Positions 1 through 13,075 of a stretch of DNA of 64,000 nt are shown piece by piece. Numbering within the stretch: position 1 is the stretch's first letter; each line of letters opens with the position of its first letter. The stretch covers positions 286,262-350,261 of the forward strand of contig NIVC01000219.1 in the NCBI GenBank assembly GCA_002269645.1. The letters run 5' to 3'. The stretch is from Macrostomum lignano (taxonomy: Eukaryota). The notes under the pieces were generated by a model, which saw only the letters and a program-made list of their open reading frames with translations, did not search any database and had not been told where the DNA came from. The translations under genes and the position numbers were made by a program.

Positions 1-302
1 TGTGCCAAAATAGTTTAAGATTATCTGTGTCAAATTTGAAGAGAATTGGTAGAAGTGGAGCGGCGCCATGGAGGATTAAGTGAAAAAATTGCGCATTTTG
101 AGCAGTTTTTTGTACTTTTAGGCAGGAAGACTTGAGTCTAGGAAATTTAAAGGTAGCCTAAGACATTCTCGGTAGTAAGTTTAGGGTGGGTGTAAAGTTT
201 GGTGTAATTTGGTTGAGTGGTTTGGGAGTCCATAGCGATCAAATTTGTACACAGACACACACACACACACACACAGACAGAGTTTTGATTTATATGTAGA
301 GA
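1..302 (-). mobile_element. 5' end of a non-autonomous Helitron-like element, running off the window edge
   Basis: Minus strand starts TCTCTACATATAAA...CTCTGTCTG(TG)n, the same TC + TATA-like + microsatellite layout as the other Helitron 5' modules in this window. Confidence 0.5.
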
Positions 303-1933
303 TAAAGGAGATTTGTATAGTCTAGAAAGTCAGTGGTAAACTTTTTGCTTCTTTAAAATTAATAGTAAATAAAATTAGTATAAATTATCGCTAAGGATGT
401 CAATTTTGCATTACTCCAATTGTAGGTATAGTTTAAGTTTGTTTAAAATGAAATTATTGTGTAAAATTTTAAAAAGGCTTTTCGTATGAAGGCCTTTCTT
501 AGAAAACTCTACTCGTGAAGAGTGGCGCACAGACAGCGCACAAATGGCGCATAGACAGCGCACAAATCGTCCCAAAAATTATTCCGGCGCACACTGTGCC
601 ACCTTCCTGATTATGGGGCGTGCGCACTTGCGCGCTGCTCCAAAAATATGCGCGCGCATTTTCCTACCCCGAGCAAGAATTCCATCCTGAGCTGAGGTGC
701 TTTTCCTTCCCTGAGGCACTTTTCCTGCCCTGAGGCGATCTTACAACTCTATAGTGCTTTCTTTCCCTGAGGCAATTCTCGCTCTTAGCAGTTTCTGATA
801 CTCCCAATGAGGGGCTTAATACTCTAGAAAATGAGTAAGGCTTTTTGAATACTGCAATCTAGCAAATATATTCAGAGCAAGTTATTTAGCTTGCAGAACT
901 GTAATACGAAGGAAACAAGTTAACACAATTTATTTTTCTTGGCCTCTTCTAGGCTCCTATTTATACTTAAGTCTAAGATTTCTTATTTTTTTCAAACAAA
1001 AAATATTTGTGACAAATATTTTTATAACTCACAACATTTAAACAAAAGATAAATGATTTGTTTTTAGTGTGTATTTTAAATAGAGTTTTCTAAGAAGCAT
1101 AAAAATAAGTAAACTATTAGAACTATTATATAGTATTATACTATTATTAATGCACTCTCACTATCAATGTCATAAATGTTATAACAATGCTAATTGCTCT
1201 TACTAATAAATGTCCTACAACTGTCACCAAGTTGTGCTAGGGTAATACCTAGCATAGGTTCTCCTATGATAGTTAATGTACTTTTGTATGTACTTTTACT
1301 TTTTTCTACTGGTATCATATCAGTTTCTAACAGTTTCTAATAGTAGTATGGCACGAGATGTTTGCAAAGAGGACAAGGGCATGATACTACCATAGGCCAC
1401 AAGATTGGTCGCCGCTGTAATATAGCTTACCAGCTCGATCAAGTACTCGTAGCTGCTTATATGGATTAGTCCCGATAGGTGGCACCATCCATTGTAACTT
1501 TGCGCATTTGCAGCGTCTCGTTATTCTGACAGCTAGGCATCTGCTGGGAGCACATTGTCACTTAAAATGACTTAATAATTGCCTGTGAAAAAATGAATTA
1601 TGCATACAATTTTTACATAACTGAAACCAATATTAACAATACAACTAATGGTTTGAAATAAGCCATATAGGTACACTGTATCATCTGTGCCGCACCCGCC
1701 ACGATGCAAAGTGTAGTCCAACAACAAGCATGCTGCCTTTCCAGCATGCTCAAATACCTGTGGCTTGCTGTAAAACAAGGCGTATACAGCTTTTTCGTTC
1801 AACTGACTCCTGAACGACTTTCCTGACTTTAGCATTATGAGAAGCCAAAGGTCCAAGTCTCTGGGTTTTGGGTCTTCACATTGGACTTTTTTGACTTGGC
1901 CTTGGACATCAGGCTCTAACCCACCGTCGCGCC

Positions 1934-2190
1934 TGTTGTGCATGGACTTTTGGTTTAGCAAACGCACTAATGCTTCCCTTCTTTTGTCTATAGTCTAGGG
2001 TACAATCTTTTATTTCTTTAAGAGCCGAAGGTTAACAGTATTACAAAGGGCAAGCAAGACGTGCGCTGGCTAGAGGCAAATAAAGCTTGTGAACAGCTCG
2101 TATTTTAAATAATGCTTCGACTTGACTTTGATGTCAGATGGTAGCCTGGAGGCAATAGGCGGTATAGAAGCAGAAGAAAAGGACATAACA
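1934..2190 (+). repeat. 5' LTR
   Basis: tgttgtgcatgg...ggacataaca, matches 4146-4405. Confidence 0.9.
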
Positions 2191-3075
2191 ATGGCGACGA
2201 GTGTAAAAATCGGAGAGTTCGACGTGGCTAAACCGGAGCAATGGGAAGCTTATAAAGAACAACTCGAGCAGTTTCTCGTCGTAAACAAAGTGACCGAGGA
2301 GGCACATAAGTCAGAAAATATGATTACAGTGATTAGTAATGACTGCTATCAATTGCTCCGCAACCTGCTGTCACCAAAGAAGCCCAAGGATGTGAACTTC
2401 GACGATCAAGTCAAGGCCCTGGGGGAGCATTTTAACCCAAGGCCTAAGATCGTTGTCGAGAGATTCAACTTCCATAGCAGAGCCCAACATGAAGGAGAAA
2501 ATGTGAGCAATTTCATCGCAAGTCTGCGGAAGTTGGCTGCCACGTGTGGTTTTAATGAATTCTTGGACGAGGCACTGAGAGACAGGTTCGTTGTCGGCCT
2601 AAGGAATCGCCTGACACAGCAGCGTCTGTTGCAAGAAGACACACTGACACTAACTGGAGCACTTACTCTTGCGACTGCGATAGAAGCAGCGTAAAGAGGT
2701 GTGGTGACAATTTTGTCAACCGGTGCAATCCAGGCGGTGAAGTCTTCAAGAGCCAGTAAAAATCTGACAGACGGCTTGTCAGAGAAGAACAACAGAAATA
2801 ATCAATCTGGATACTTCCGCTGCAATGCACAAGATCACTGGGCAAAGAACTGCCCCTACCGTAGCAAGACGTGCAGCAAGTGCGGTCGAGTGGGACATAA
2901 AAGTGATGCCTGCCGCACAAAGGACAGGACTAAAGATTCCGGAGGTGGAAAGCAAAAGAAACTCAGCTCGTCCAGACATAAGAGACACGGCAGAGTGCAC
3001 TATGCACTAGTTCAACCAGCTCAGACAGCAGGGACTCAAACTGTACGAGTCAGGGACACCACAGGGGTGCTTTGA
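2191..3075 (+). pseudogene. Gag with two CCHC zinc knuckles and a premature stop at 2692-2694
   Basis: W..Y.EQLEQF and LRDRFVVGL gag motifs; CNAQDHWAKNC and CSKCGRVGHKSDAC knuckles. Confidence 0.85.
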
Positions 3076-3082
3076 AGTCACA

Positions 3083-4127
3083 GTGTGCTCGACTGGACAG
3101 GTCGCGCATGTCACTTCTCCACCATACGAGTGCGAACTGGAACTGAACGGAAAAGCTGTAAGATTTCAAGTGGATACTGGTGTGGATAAAACCCTGATCA
3201 ACGAGAAGACCAGCAAGCAACTTGGCCTGAAGCTTTCAAGGACTACCATAAGGTTGTCCAGCTACACGGATCACTCAATCCCAGTATTAGGTGATGCAAC
3301 AATTGACGTGGTTAGCCACAACGTCAGGCTTTACCAATTGCCTGTACTGATGGCAAAGGAGAACGAGTAAATCAGCTTGAACGCGACTGGCTTTCTAAGA
3401 TCAAGATTGACTGGGACAAGTTTGCGAGTGTGAACGTGACCACATTAGTCCAGCCTATAGATCTATTGGTAAGGAGGCATGAGCAAGTGTTTGCTGAGAC
3501 ATTGGGAACCATTGAAGGATTGAAGGCCAATATAGTGCTGAAGGAGAATTCAATACCAAAGTATTTCAAAAGTCGGCCAGTTCCATTTGCAATCAAAGGT
3601 CTCATTGAGGACGAGCTCAAGAGTTTGCAAGCCCAAGGAATCATCACGAAGGTGAAGCATCGGATTTCGCATCGCCAATCGTTCCTGTTCTCAAGCGCGA
3701 TGGAAAATCAGTGAGGCATGAGTTCCAGGAGGGAGAAAAACTTCTGACGCTTGATTTCAGAAGGGAGAAAGAGAACAGATGGATTCCTGCCGAGGTGGTC
3801 ACCCGCACAGGACCAATGTCTTACAGACTGCAGGTCAACGGGCAAATCTGGAAGAGGCACGTTGATCAAATTGTCAAGACAGACGTTCTTCCCACCCGAA
3901 TTCCACCAATCATGAAGAGGCATCAGGACGATCAGACTGACTTGGCTCGTGAGCAAATGCAGAGTGAGGACATCTCAAATCCAGCAGCCCAAAGCGTGCC
4001 CGTGCAGGACGAACCACAGACAACCGACTCAGACGGAACTCGTGGCAAGAGCACTGACACATCGGCTAAAGAACCTAGACGACTAAGGGACAGAGACAAA
4101 TTGCAGAAACCGGACCGGTTGAGATAA
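3083..4127 (+). pseudogene. pol remnant: aspartic protease, RT N-terminus, and integrase C-terminal tail
   Basis: FQVDTG protease motif; KYFKSRPVPFAIK at the RT start; a jump near 3710 to WIPAEV...GPMSY...WKRHVDQI, typical of Gypsy integrase tails. Confidence 0.85.
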
Positions 4128-4145
4128 TAATTAACAAAGGGGGAA

Positions 4146-4405
4146 TGTTGTGTATGGACTTTTAATTTAGCAAATGCAATAATGCTTCCCTTCTTTTGTC
4201 TATAGTCTAGAGTACAATCTTTTATTTCTTTAAGAGCCGAATGCTAACAGTATTACAAAGGGCAAGCAAGACGTGCGCCGGCTAGAGGCAAATAAAGCTT
4301 GTGAACAGCTCGTATTTTAAATAATGCTTCTTCGACTTGACTTTGATGTCAGATGGTAGCCTGGAGGCAATAGTCGGTATAGAAGAAGAAGAAGAGGACA
4401 TAACA
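4146..4405 (+). repeat. 3' LTR
   Basis: tgttgtgtatgg...ggacataaca, preceded by the purine tract aaagggggaa. Confidence 0.9.
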
Positions 4406-6249
4406 GCGGCCTTCACTAGGCATGAAGGAGTGGTGAATCGTCATTATAAATGACTCTGTGTACTTTCGAGCCAGCGTCTCTCAAAGTATAGATTTCTTGC
4501 GCTGTGAAGCTAGACGTACGAGCTGCTGCATCTCAGGAGCGTTAATCTTGCCTTCCACCACTTCATCTAAATTTTCAGTGGCCAGAAGGCAGATGGCATT
4601 AGCCACATCCATGGCAAAAGACGGATCCCGCTTTAGACATTTTTCCATATGTGCCAAAAATGAGCAGTGGAGTGCTGCGGCCAAATTTATGATGTCTCAT
4701 AAAGGCAGCAGAAGAAGCAGTATTTTGATTTAAAATAACAAACCATGCACACTCGACTTATTGCCACAGTTACAAATGATTCTACTATTTGCCTGTTCGA
4801 CATCTTGGGGATCACAGAGACGCCAAGTAAAATTGCTGCCAAGTAAAGTCCGTGGGGTGTTTCTAGTGCACACCTGTGGTATTTGGCTGGACAATCCAGC
4901 CCTCAAGCAGCTTCATGGACTTATAGGACCCTCCAGGTAGGATTGACTGATGGCATGCCTGAGTTGCAATGAAGTGCGAAGGACACAATAATGATCAAGC
5001 TCTCATAAAACTATTCCATTTAAATTGTAATACAGTATATGAATTTTACCTGAAGTCGCAGATAGTCTTCAACACGGAAGGTTGTAGACCAATCGAGTAG
5101 AAACTTCGCGACTTGGTCGACCAGCAGGGACACCTTCCAGTGCGACATCTGAAGGTCCTGTGCGATTTCCATTAGTGATACGATCGGCTTAAACAGGTCT
5201 TGCAGACAACAAGTCGAACACAAAATTGCTGCTGAACATCGCATACTGAAGTTTCTCATCATCAGAGCATCTGAGATTCTCTGTGCGAAACGCTTTGTGA
5301 AGCTTGTAATAGGACTCGTCCACTATCTGTGAAGGAGAATTGCATGTATACTTAAAATATGTTCGTCATGATGTAGTGCCTGTATGCGGCAATTATTTAA
5401 AAAATTGCACACTTTTTATATCTTTTGTTACTATCAACAAATTAATGAATCAATATACTAACTTCACTGCAGAGCTCGTGAATCGCTGGCTCGCGAAATG
5501 GGACATCGCTCGAGCTTTTCCATCATCAGATGCAGCTTCTAATGCGCCGTTACCGCGACCATAGCCAAATAAGCTTGCAAAATAGTTTGCATAGCTTCAA
5601 TGCAGACTCGAACTGCCGACCTTCTGCTTAGCCTATGCTTGTTATTGCCTGTCTACAGCAATTCAGTAATTCTTGAAATTAGCTATTCCTTCTAATCCCG
5701 CAAAACAGACAGTCATACTAATAACAGCCTGCAGTTATCCACTTTGCCGTCTACAACTTTCATTAACATCTGCAAAATACAATAATTCATTCAGCAGTCT
5801 GCAGTTATTATCCACTAAAACTCTGTAAATAGTTATCCCATCGGAAGTTTGCAGCTATACACTCATAAGTCTTGAGGAACAACCTCAGCAGTTTTTCGTT
5901 TTTCAACTTGGCAGTCTAAATGAATGATCCCTTCGACAATCTGCAGTTCTCCTCAGCAACCTGCTGAGGAGAAACAACAATTCTCATTCTCAGCAGTCTG
6001 CAGTTTTCCTCTTTGCTGGCCCCTCAGTATCCTCAGGAAGCTGCAATGATCCTTTCAATAATTGTACGGCTCATTATATAATCAATTTTCGATAGATATT
6101 GGCAGTCTTTTGCACATCAATGCAACGAAGATTTTGCATCGTCTGCAATTTAGCGATTAGTCCAGGCAGGCACAAGCTACAAATAAATGAAAATTAATTT
6201 ATTATACGCGTATTTTATCTCCCACGTGCATAAACTGAAGCTTGCAAAT

Positions 6250-6547
6250 ATTTAATTATTTATAGCTCGTAGCATCAGCTCAAGAAGTTAAAGTTTAGTC
6301 TATGGCCATAAACGTATTATTATTTTTTGAGCTCTCTGCGAGAAAAATGCACTAATTAGATAGGGAAAATACAGTTTTTTCAATATTTAAGACCTTTAGA
6401 ATTGAAGCAGATAAAAGAAATGTTAACCATACAATCCTTGGTTGAGTTGCAACTTTTTGGTGAAAACGCGTTCGAAATTGGTCAAGAATTGCAGTCTGTA
6501 GAGCGTTTTACACGGACAGACATAGATTAGAGATTTAGTATATAAAA
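6250..6547 (-). mobile_element. Non-autonomous Helitron 5' module abutting the 3' end of Helitron 1
   Basis: TATATACTAAATCTCTAATCTATGTCTGTCCG directly follows the CTAG. It shares gcgagaaaaat.cactaattagatagg with 12220-12250. The left limit is approximate. Confidence 0.55.
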
Positions 6548-7237
6548 CTAGAGAATTTGCCCCCCCTTCGGGGGAGACTGTACAGTTCTCTTTGGATTAG
6601 ACGCAATCTTCCATTGGATTTTTAAGGCCTAAATTAACAATCAAATAAAACCGACGTCCATTTTGTACTCAAAAGTATGCTGATATACAGAACAAGTAAG
6701 AAAAGCATCCGACCATGGACATGTTGAAGTTATTGCGGGCAAACTTATCACTTTTTATTTCAGAGACTCGCTTTTAATTATTACTTTTAGCATGTGGCAT
6801 AAGGTTACAATTGTATTTTTGCGGGTGAATTTAGTTAGTTAGTATAGTTTAGTTAGTTGGGTTAGTTTAGTTTTATTCGATTAAAAATTCTGGAACAAAT
6901 TTAAGTAGTAGTTAATTTGCTTGAAAGTTTGAGAACAAAAGTTTGATCTAGCAAATTGAAATTTTCAGCAGCATTGAATCTTAACGTAATCGACAACGAT
7001 TAACTTAAACAGCAACCTAAAATTACTTGCAGCATATCCTAAATAATTATTTAACCATAAAATATCCTCGGTTACTTGGGGTTGTAGCAGATTCCCGTAT
7101 TTTTCAGGGAGTTTCCCGTAAGCTTTCCATCTTTCATAGGAATTCGTTACAAATGTTCAACAGGCCAACGTACTAAAATGGAAAGTGTATTAATGTGTTC
7201 TTCAAGTACAAACTATTAAAAAGTCAAATCATAAACG

Positions 7238-8304
7238 TTAATATACATATGTATATATAAGTACCCGTTGCGCTCCACAGCGGATAACAACTCGACGCAT
7301 CCGGTCGATATGCGGCTGCATCGACGCTGGGAATTCAAATGCAAGCACGTCGTCAGCTGCGGTGTCAGTAATGTCCATAGTTGAGCTATTAGCTAGCGGT
7401 AGAAATTGGGTGCTGCTCTCGGACTCTTCGTACCAGGTTTTCAGATCTTGAGCAGTGTCGTGAACAGGCGAATACGAAATAGTTGATGATGAGCAACCAA
7501 GACAAAGCGAGCCGGCGTACTCTTGAATCTTGGCTTTTCTAATGGCGACTACGTCTCCTGGTCTCCACAAATGTACCTGGGTAGCAGAGGCGTCCCAGAA
7601 GTTGCAAAAAGTCTGAAAACCAGATTTGTCTACGATGCAGACTTTTGCGAGCTGCACCAACTTTCCGGAACGCGTGTTGACGTCAACGGGTTGTTCTACT
7701 TTGACAATGACACCGAGAACATCAACAAAACTGAAAATATAAAGAATGAAAATGTGTGAAGTATATATATCTTCCTGTTTATTCTACATTTTGAGGATGG
7801 ACTTACCCATTCACTCCAATTCTTGGTAGTTCGGAGAGCGCTTTGAACGGACCATTTATGGGAACTATCGCATCGCTACACTGGCGGAGAGAGTCCTTGT
7901 TATCCTCATTGATTGACAGAGTAACTTCATGCATATTGCTTGTTCGGTTGAATTTTGGATTAGCACACTTTACCATTCCTTCACGGATGGAGATTGTTTG
8001 CCCGTTTTCGCAAATGCTCCAGTGTTCTTGCAACTCATCGCCAAAAACTGCCACTCTGATTTCACCTGACTCATCTGACATCAAAAACGAAAACCATTTG
8101 TTCTTCTTGCCATCCCTAATCTGGTTTAGTAAAAAACGATGTTGTTTAAGTGGATTGATTTTATAAAAAAAGTATATATATGAAGCAAAATAGCAAATTA
8201 TGGAAGCTTACCTCAGTTCTTAACGAAGTAATTCCGGAGACTACGCCGCGCATGGGACCGACAGAAAGAGAAGAAATCGTTAACTTGCTTAGCTTGCTTG
8301 CCAT
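7238..8304 (-). CDS. Helitron-borne RPA70 (RPA1)-like ssDNA-binding protein with two OB folds and at least 3 exons (8304-8212, 8120-7807, 7730-about 7260)
   Basis: Spliced reading ...IRDGKKNKWFSFLMSDESGEIRVAVF...KCANPKFN...HEVTL and FVDVLGVI...IVDKSG...FW...VVAIRKAKIQEYAG matches RPA70 DBD-A and DBD-B. GT-AG introns keep the frame. The 3' end is uncertain. Confidence 0.85.
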
Positions 8305-8556
8305 CTTTTAACATAACGATGAAGACAAATTTAATGGAATTTACTACTTGCAGCTATAAATTCATCTTAAGCTAGAAATGCATCTCAAGCTTATGCATTC
8401 CGCGAAAAATACAGTTTCAGGACACACATTTTCTCATAGACGTTTTGCGTGACAGCATGCACTTTCAATATTTAATCGTGGCTCGTAGTAAAATAGCAAC
8501 ATATTTTTTTACATTGAATTGTAAAAAATTATTAATAGATAATAAAGACGTCCAAT

Positions 8557-11500
8557 TCAAAAAACTTCTGGGTAAACGATATTTTTGGTTCTTTCGCCGC
8601 ACATTCGAACTCGAACATTACAAACATTTTTTGCTCTGGAAAGTGCAGTGTAGAGCTGTCCATGCGCAAAACAGCTACCTGCAAGGTCAATTCCAACTAC
8701 GTCAAGGGATTGGCCTTGTGCTTTATGAATAGTCATGCAGAAACAGGGTCGTAGAGGAAATTGTAGCCTTCTGAACTTAACAGGTAGATCCAAATTACTT
8801 GGTATCAATGGTACGCGCGGCAACAAAACTGTTTCGCCTTTGAATTGACCAGCAGCAATTTGACATTGTAAGATATTGTTTCGCAATTCCTTAATGATTA
8901 ATCGTGTTCCGTTGCACAGTCGTGGTGGGTTTAAGTTTCGTAGTAGAACTACAGGCATCCCGCATTTGAGACAAAGCCGATGCTTTGGCAATCCAGGTGC
9001 GTCCATACTATTCAGCACTTCAGGTGGATAGTGCGTCAAGTCATCCTCATCCTCGACACTGTCAATTGATCTATATTCGCGATCAACGCCTGGAAATAAA
9101 TCTAAACATGCATCGTTAATTTTATCAACGGAGTCGTTTAGTGGAGCTAAAATGACGCGGCTCTCAAACAACTTCTCCCTGTTTTCGATCCCAGCGAACG
9201 TTGGGTATACAAACCGGATCAAATCAACATCAGTAGCGTCACCAGGCAAAACGATTTCGGGTGGTAGCACGATATTGGCGTCTGAATCACTCGGTATCGA
9301 ACCTTCGCCAACCTAAAATGGTTAGAAACAAAATAGAGTAAAGTATGAGACCCACTGTCACATCCTGCTTTCAATAATTCGAAAGTAACTTACCCGAAGT
9401 AGAAACTCAGCTTACCAGTTTGCCGATTGATCGACAGAGCCACTGTTAAAAAGTCGAATGTTTCGTGTCAAGTGATGTCTTTGAAACTTTAACCACAGAG
9501 CTGATCGACTTACACAGGCGATTACATTGTTTGCGCGTGTTCCATGTTTTACGACCGGCAGCAGCTGCCGAAAGTCGCCACAACAAACAACTGTTATTCC
9601 GCCAAACGGAGCTTCATTATCTCTAATGTCTCTTAAACTTCGATCAACCGCTTCCAGATCTTTTCTGTTAACCATCGATATCTCATCCCACACAATAAGC
9701 TCGGTTTTTCTGAAGATGGACGCCAGTTTGGATTGAGCACCAACGGAACATACTTCCCTTTCGAATCTCATAGTCCTTACCGGAATCTTGAACACCGAAT
9801 GTGCAGTTTGACCCCCAGGAAGCAGGGTGGCCGCAATTCCGGAGGACGCTACAGCAAGAGCCATCTGCCCTCGGCTGCGGACAAACGAAAGGATAACTTC
9901 CAGCAAGTAGGTTTTGCCTGTTCCAGCCGGCGCATCGACAAATTGCAAGTCACCAGTTTTGTTCGAAATGTTAGTAATAACTTGATCGTATATGCTTCTC
10001 TGTTCGTCAGTAAGCAAAGGCAATCGTTCAGTTAAGATGTCAGACTGTTCCATCGGATCGAACTGGATTGGCCCAGCCTTGGGTATTTCGCTTGCTGCTG
10101 GTAGACCATAGTCTGGTAGATTGCGACCTCCCATGAACTTAATCATCGACTGAAGCTCTCGAAGAACCAAGTCGTCACCTCGTCATCATTTAAACCCGAG
10201 TTTCGATAGCGCCAATCTTCACTCATGAACTCGGAGAAATCCCGCCACAGTTCAGTAGCATCAACTGGTTCGCCCCAGACTAAGATGACCGCGAATAAAT
10301 GACGCAGGGCCTTGGGCATTCGTGTCGGAGCGGCCTCATTCAAACTGAGTCTCCAGTGATAGTCGTGCTCCAATAGCTGCCGAGCAACGCATGCAGACCT
10401 ATACGTCGTGTGTTCGACTTCGTCCACAGTGCGCAAATGTTTGTAGCATGTGGGTCCTCTAACGTGCAGCAGCAACAGCCGGAGGTAAAACAAATCGCCC
10501 GTTCTTGGACTCACTGTGTACATGCGGGCAATGTTAGTAGTGCGTTTTACACCACGAAAGCCACTAACTGAAGTTCCTTGCTGAGCACGACGCCATTCCT
10601 TTGCTTCCTTGTGCCATACATAGTAAGATGGTGCTTCGATATAAAGCAACCGTTTAGCAAACTCGTCGACGCAACAGAGTTTGAAAATGCTGTAAGCATT
10701 GAGTCACTTGGTGTGCGTGCTTTGGCGCGTGCATTTTCTTCATTGAAGTAAACCGGCTGCTGACCTGGTAAATGAACGCAAAGTCTGATTACTGCTGGAA
10801 AGCGGTTGTGGATTTGGAAGCCTAAGATTGTATTTACTGCTTCCATTGGGCCTATGTATCTGGACGATAAATACTCGGCGATTTCGTTGACCACGGTTGG
10901 TTCTGCCGGATGCTCCTGTGGCTGCTCCTGTTGTTCTTGTTGCTGTGGCATTCGCTGTTCTGATTGCTGTTCTCGTTGCTGCTGCTGTTGTTCTTGTTGA
11001 TGCTGTTGTGGCTTGGGTTGCTCTTGTGGATCTTGCTTTTCATCGATTCTGGAAACTTTAAATGTTGCCATGTCACCACTCTTTAGCAAATATTTAATTA
11101 TATATTTGACGGCCTTGACGGTCGCACATACTTCAACATTTAAGTGACATGCGAATTCTCTCAATAGATCAGGATTATAAGGCACAACCCATCGATTGTC
11201 CATTTCAACCTGACGACCGCTGCATTGCTTTGTGACAGTGAAGCCTCCCATCACAGGGGACCGTCTCCGGTAAAAAGGATAGCCGGAATCATTCACGAGC
11301 GTCTCAGGTAAAAAGTCTTTTGGAAAATTCTTCGAACAACTATTTTTTCCATGCAAGAACACCTAGGGTTGAGAGCTCCGCAAGGACCATGGATCATGTG
11401 TGTTCGAACCAGCTGATAAAGAACAGGCTGCTTGCTAGGGTCCGGGATCTCTGTTGAGACGAACTGATCATATTTGTCTGGTGTAACTCGATACTGAGGT

Positions 11501-11794
11501 GCCAACCAAAGAAGAATGTGCACGTGTGGAAGGCCACGCTTCTGGTACTCCAATGCGCAGACATGCGCTTGAACTTCGCCGAAATTAGTTTTTAGCCGTT
11601 TGAGTAATTGAGCGAACACGCGCGGCATCTAACCTGTCAGACCGTGCACTTATGGATTCGTTCTGTATACGCTTCCGACTATACTCTAGTTGTTTCTCAA
11701 GCCGCGAATTACGCTCCTCCGCTGTTTCCTGCCGACGACGCAATTTTGCTTCCCGACTCTTTACTAACTCACTCTTTCGCTTCCTCTTCGGCAT
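8557..11794 (-). pseudogene. Helitron RepHel (HUH Rep + PIF1 helicase), frameshifted and internally deleted
   Basis: EYQKRGLPHVHILLW, YIIKYLLK, APAGTGKT, WDEISM, GDFRQLLPV and TIHKAQGQSL motifs; one intron at 9313-9393. Several frameshifts, an in-frame stop at 9412-9414, and a jump near 11620 from the N-terminal basic repeat directly to the region before Rep motif II. Confidence 0.9.
10915..11040 (-). repeat. CAG/CAA-rich poly-Gln tract in the RepHel linker
   Basis: Translates as QEQPKPQQHQQEQQQQQREQQ... Confidence 0.8.
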
Positions 11795-12879
11795 GAGCGA
11801 CAGCACACCCGCGCCCAGGTATCAAAAACTAAGAGACACATTCACATGAAATTGTTGAGACCGGTCGACCGGTTCAGGCCGACAAATAATCGAACAACAA
11901 ACAGAAGATCAGACAGGTCGACCGGTTCAGGCTGACAAACAAACAAACAAACAGAAGATCAGACAAATCACTCCAATCCAGCACGAATACGAATGAATCG
12001 AAGTTGAACAGACTCACCGGTTGAACTCACCGGTTGAACTCACCTTAAAGAACTTCAAGGTTATAAAATCAATGCGAGAAAAATACACTATATAATTAGC
12101 TTTATATATTGAAAGACTTTATTTAGACTCGAGCCGCCGCTGCTGCTGCTGCTGATGCTGCGGCCGCGTAGTCAACTTCACGGACCACCATAGATATAAA
12201 ATTGAAAATTTAACTCTGACTGCGAGAAAAATACACTAATTAGATAGGCGAAATACAGTATTTCTCCAATTTGAGAGGCTTCACACTACGACATCAAAAT
12301 GAAAATTAGACCACATAATCCCAGTAGAATTCCACATCGAATGAAACAAATTTGACGAAAATCTACCAAGTGGTTCAAGAGGAGATGCGAAACTTATAAA
12401 CAAAGTTACAAACATTTTCAGATTTAGTATATAAGAAGAATGATGACAGTGTCAGTGACAGTGATGATGATAGTGACAGGTACTGCCGTTGGCTTGGTAT
12501 TTGTAGGCCTACTATGAGCTTGCTTTGTTGGTTTGTTGTAGCTGACTGGTGGTAATGGTGCATACTGCAGTTGGTCTCGGTCAGTTGGTCGCGGGTTCGA
12601 TTGTTGTCTAATTGACTGAATAACATCAGTTCTTGCATAAGAGCGATCTAGCTCGGTTGTCTGTCTCTCAATATGAATCGAGGTTACTCTGGCAAGAGAT
12701 GTAGAATATGATGCTCTTGCAGCAGAATTGGATGTGGTGGCCTCGTGGCAAATGCGTTTACACTGATCTGGAGGTGGTTGCGTGAAGACACCATTCTTGA
12801 ATGCTGTAATAATGATTGGATGAGGGAAAATTTGGTATAGGTGCGTATATACAATGTATATAGAAACTGAACTAGCAAA

Positions 12880-13075
12880 CATTTAATCTAAACAGAAACC
12901 GAACTAGCAGTCAATCAATCGAGAAACTGAACTAACAGAGAATCAATCTAAACAGGAACCGAACTAGCAGAGAATCAATCTAGAAACTGAACTAGCGAAG
13001 AATCAATCTAAACAGAAACCGAACTAGCAGAGAATCAATCTAAACAGAAACCAAACTAGCAGACAGTCAATCTAA
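12880..13075. repeat. Degenerate ~32-bp minisatellite (AATCAATCTAAACAGAAACCGAACTAGCAGAG)
   Basis: About six imperfect tandem copies visible. Confidence 0.75.

Larger units (their letters stand above)
1934..4405 (+). mobile_element. Internally deleted, non-autonomous Ty3/Gypsy LTR retrotransposon
   Basis: Two similar TG...CA LTRs (1934-2190 and 4146-4405), a PBS-like TGGCGACGAG after the 5' LTR, a polypurine tract before 4146, and a 5-bp TSD gcgcc/gcggc with one mismatch. Gag, protease and integrase-tail fragments lie inside; most of RT, RNase H and the integrase core are missing. Confidence 0.92.
1572..4684 (-). pseudogene. Uncharacterised, possibly transposase-derived ORF relic split by the Gypsy insertion
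   Basis: Removing 1934-4405 plus one TSD copy joins ...HSFMPSEGR to DGGLEPDVQG... in frame, linking ORF 4481-4684 with ORF 1572-1967. One in-frame TGA lies at 4481-4483. I did not recognise the protein family. Confidence 0.45.
6548..12439 (-). mobile_element. Helitron 1, a defective RepHel + RPA70 element
   Basis: 5' TC..TATATACTAAATC at about 12439; 3' GC hairpin ccccccttcgggggag (6560-6576) followed by CTAG (6548-6551) and then T; Rep and PIF1 motifs inside. Confidence 0.88.
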
